Positions 62,037 to 64,000 of a stretch of DNA of 64,000 nt are shown here, piece after piece. How positions within the stretch are numbered: position 1 is the first letter of the stretch; the number at the start of each line of letters is the position of its first letter. The notes beneath the pieces were generated by a model. It worked only from the letters and a program-made list of their open reading frames with translations, had not been told where the DNA came from and did no database searches. The stretch is from Escherichia phage vB_EcoM-G28: the sequence record NC_054916.1. One strand, 5' to 3'. Both the position numbers and the translations under genes were made by a program.

Positions 62037-64000
<1,964 letters not shown>

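Overview
This window reads as a contiguous segment of a T4-like (T-even, Tevenvirinae) myovirus genome, co-linear with T4 from gene 45 through the start of gene 17. All calls rest on reading the six-frame translations against remembered T4 protein sequences, sizes and gene order; no database search was run. Left to right: an early/middle region transcribed on the minus strand (45, rpbA-like, 46, 47, a-gt, 55, nrdH/G/D, 49, nrdC plus eleven nrdC.x-position ORFs, rI, tk, regB, the vs-locus ORFs, internal proteins, lysozyme e, nudE, eight tRNAs with segB, 57B/57A, 1, 3, 2, 4), then the plus-strand late baseplate/neck/packaging block (53, 5, 5.4, 6-12, wac, 13-16, 17 partial). The lysozyme differs from the T4 enzyme as I recall it at three positions, so this is a close relative rather than T4 itself. 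Features that stand out from the T4 backbone are five free-standing homing endonuclease genes, an uninterrupted nrdD, and several accessory ORFs. The best candidates for uncharacterised biology are a TARG1-like macrodomain gene, four tandem membrane proteins sharing a C-terminal motif, a P-loop ATPase/nucleotidyltransferase pair, a small P-loop NTPase with a cysteine tail, and three capsid-targeted internal-protein genes, one of them split at an A8 run. I did not find one clearly delimited new multi-gene system; these candidates are inference from motifs. The ORF track uses non-ATG starts in places, so several starts were moved to an internal ATG with a Shine-Dalgarno sequence and remain approximate.
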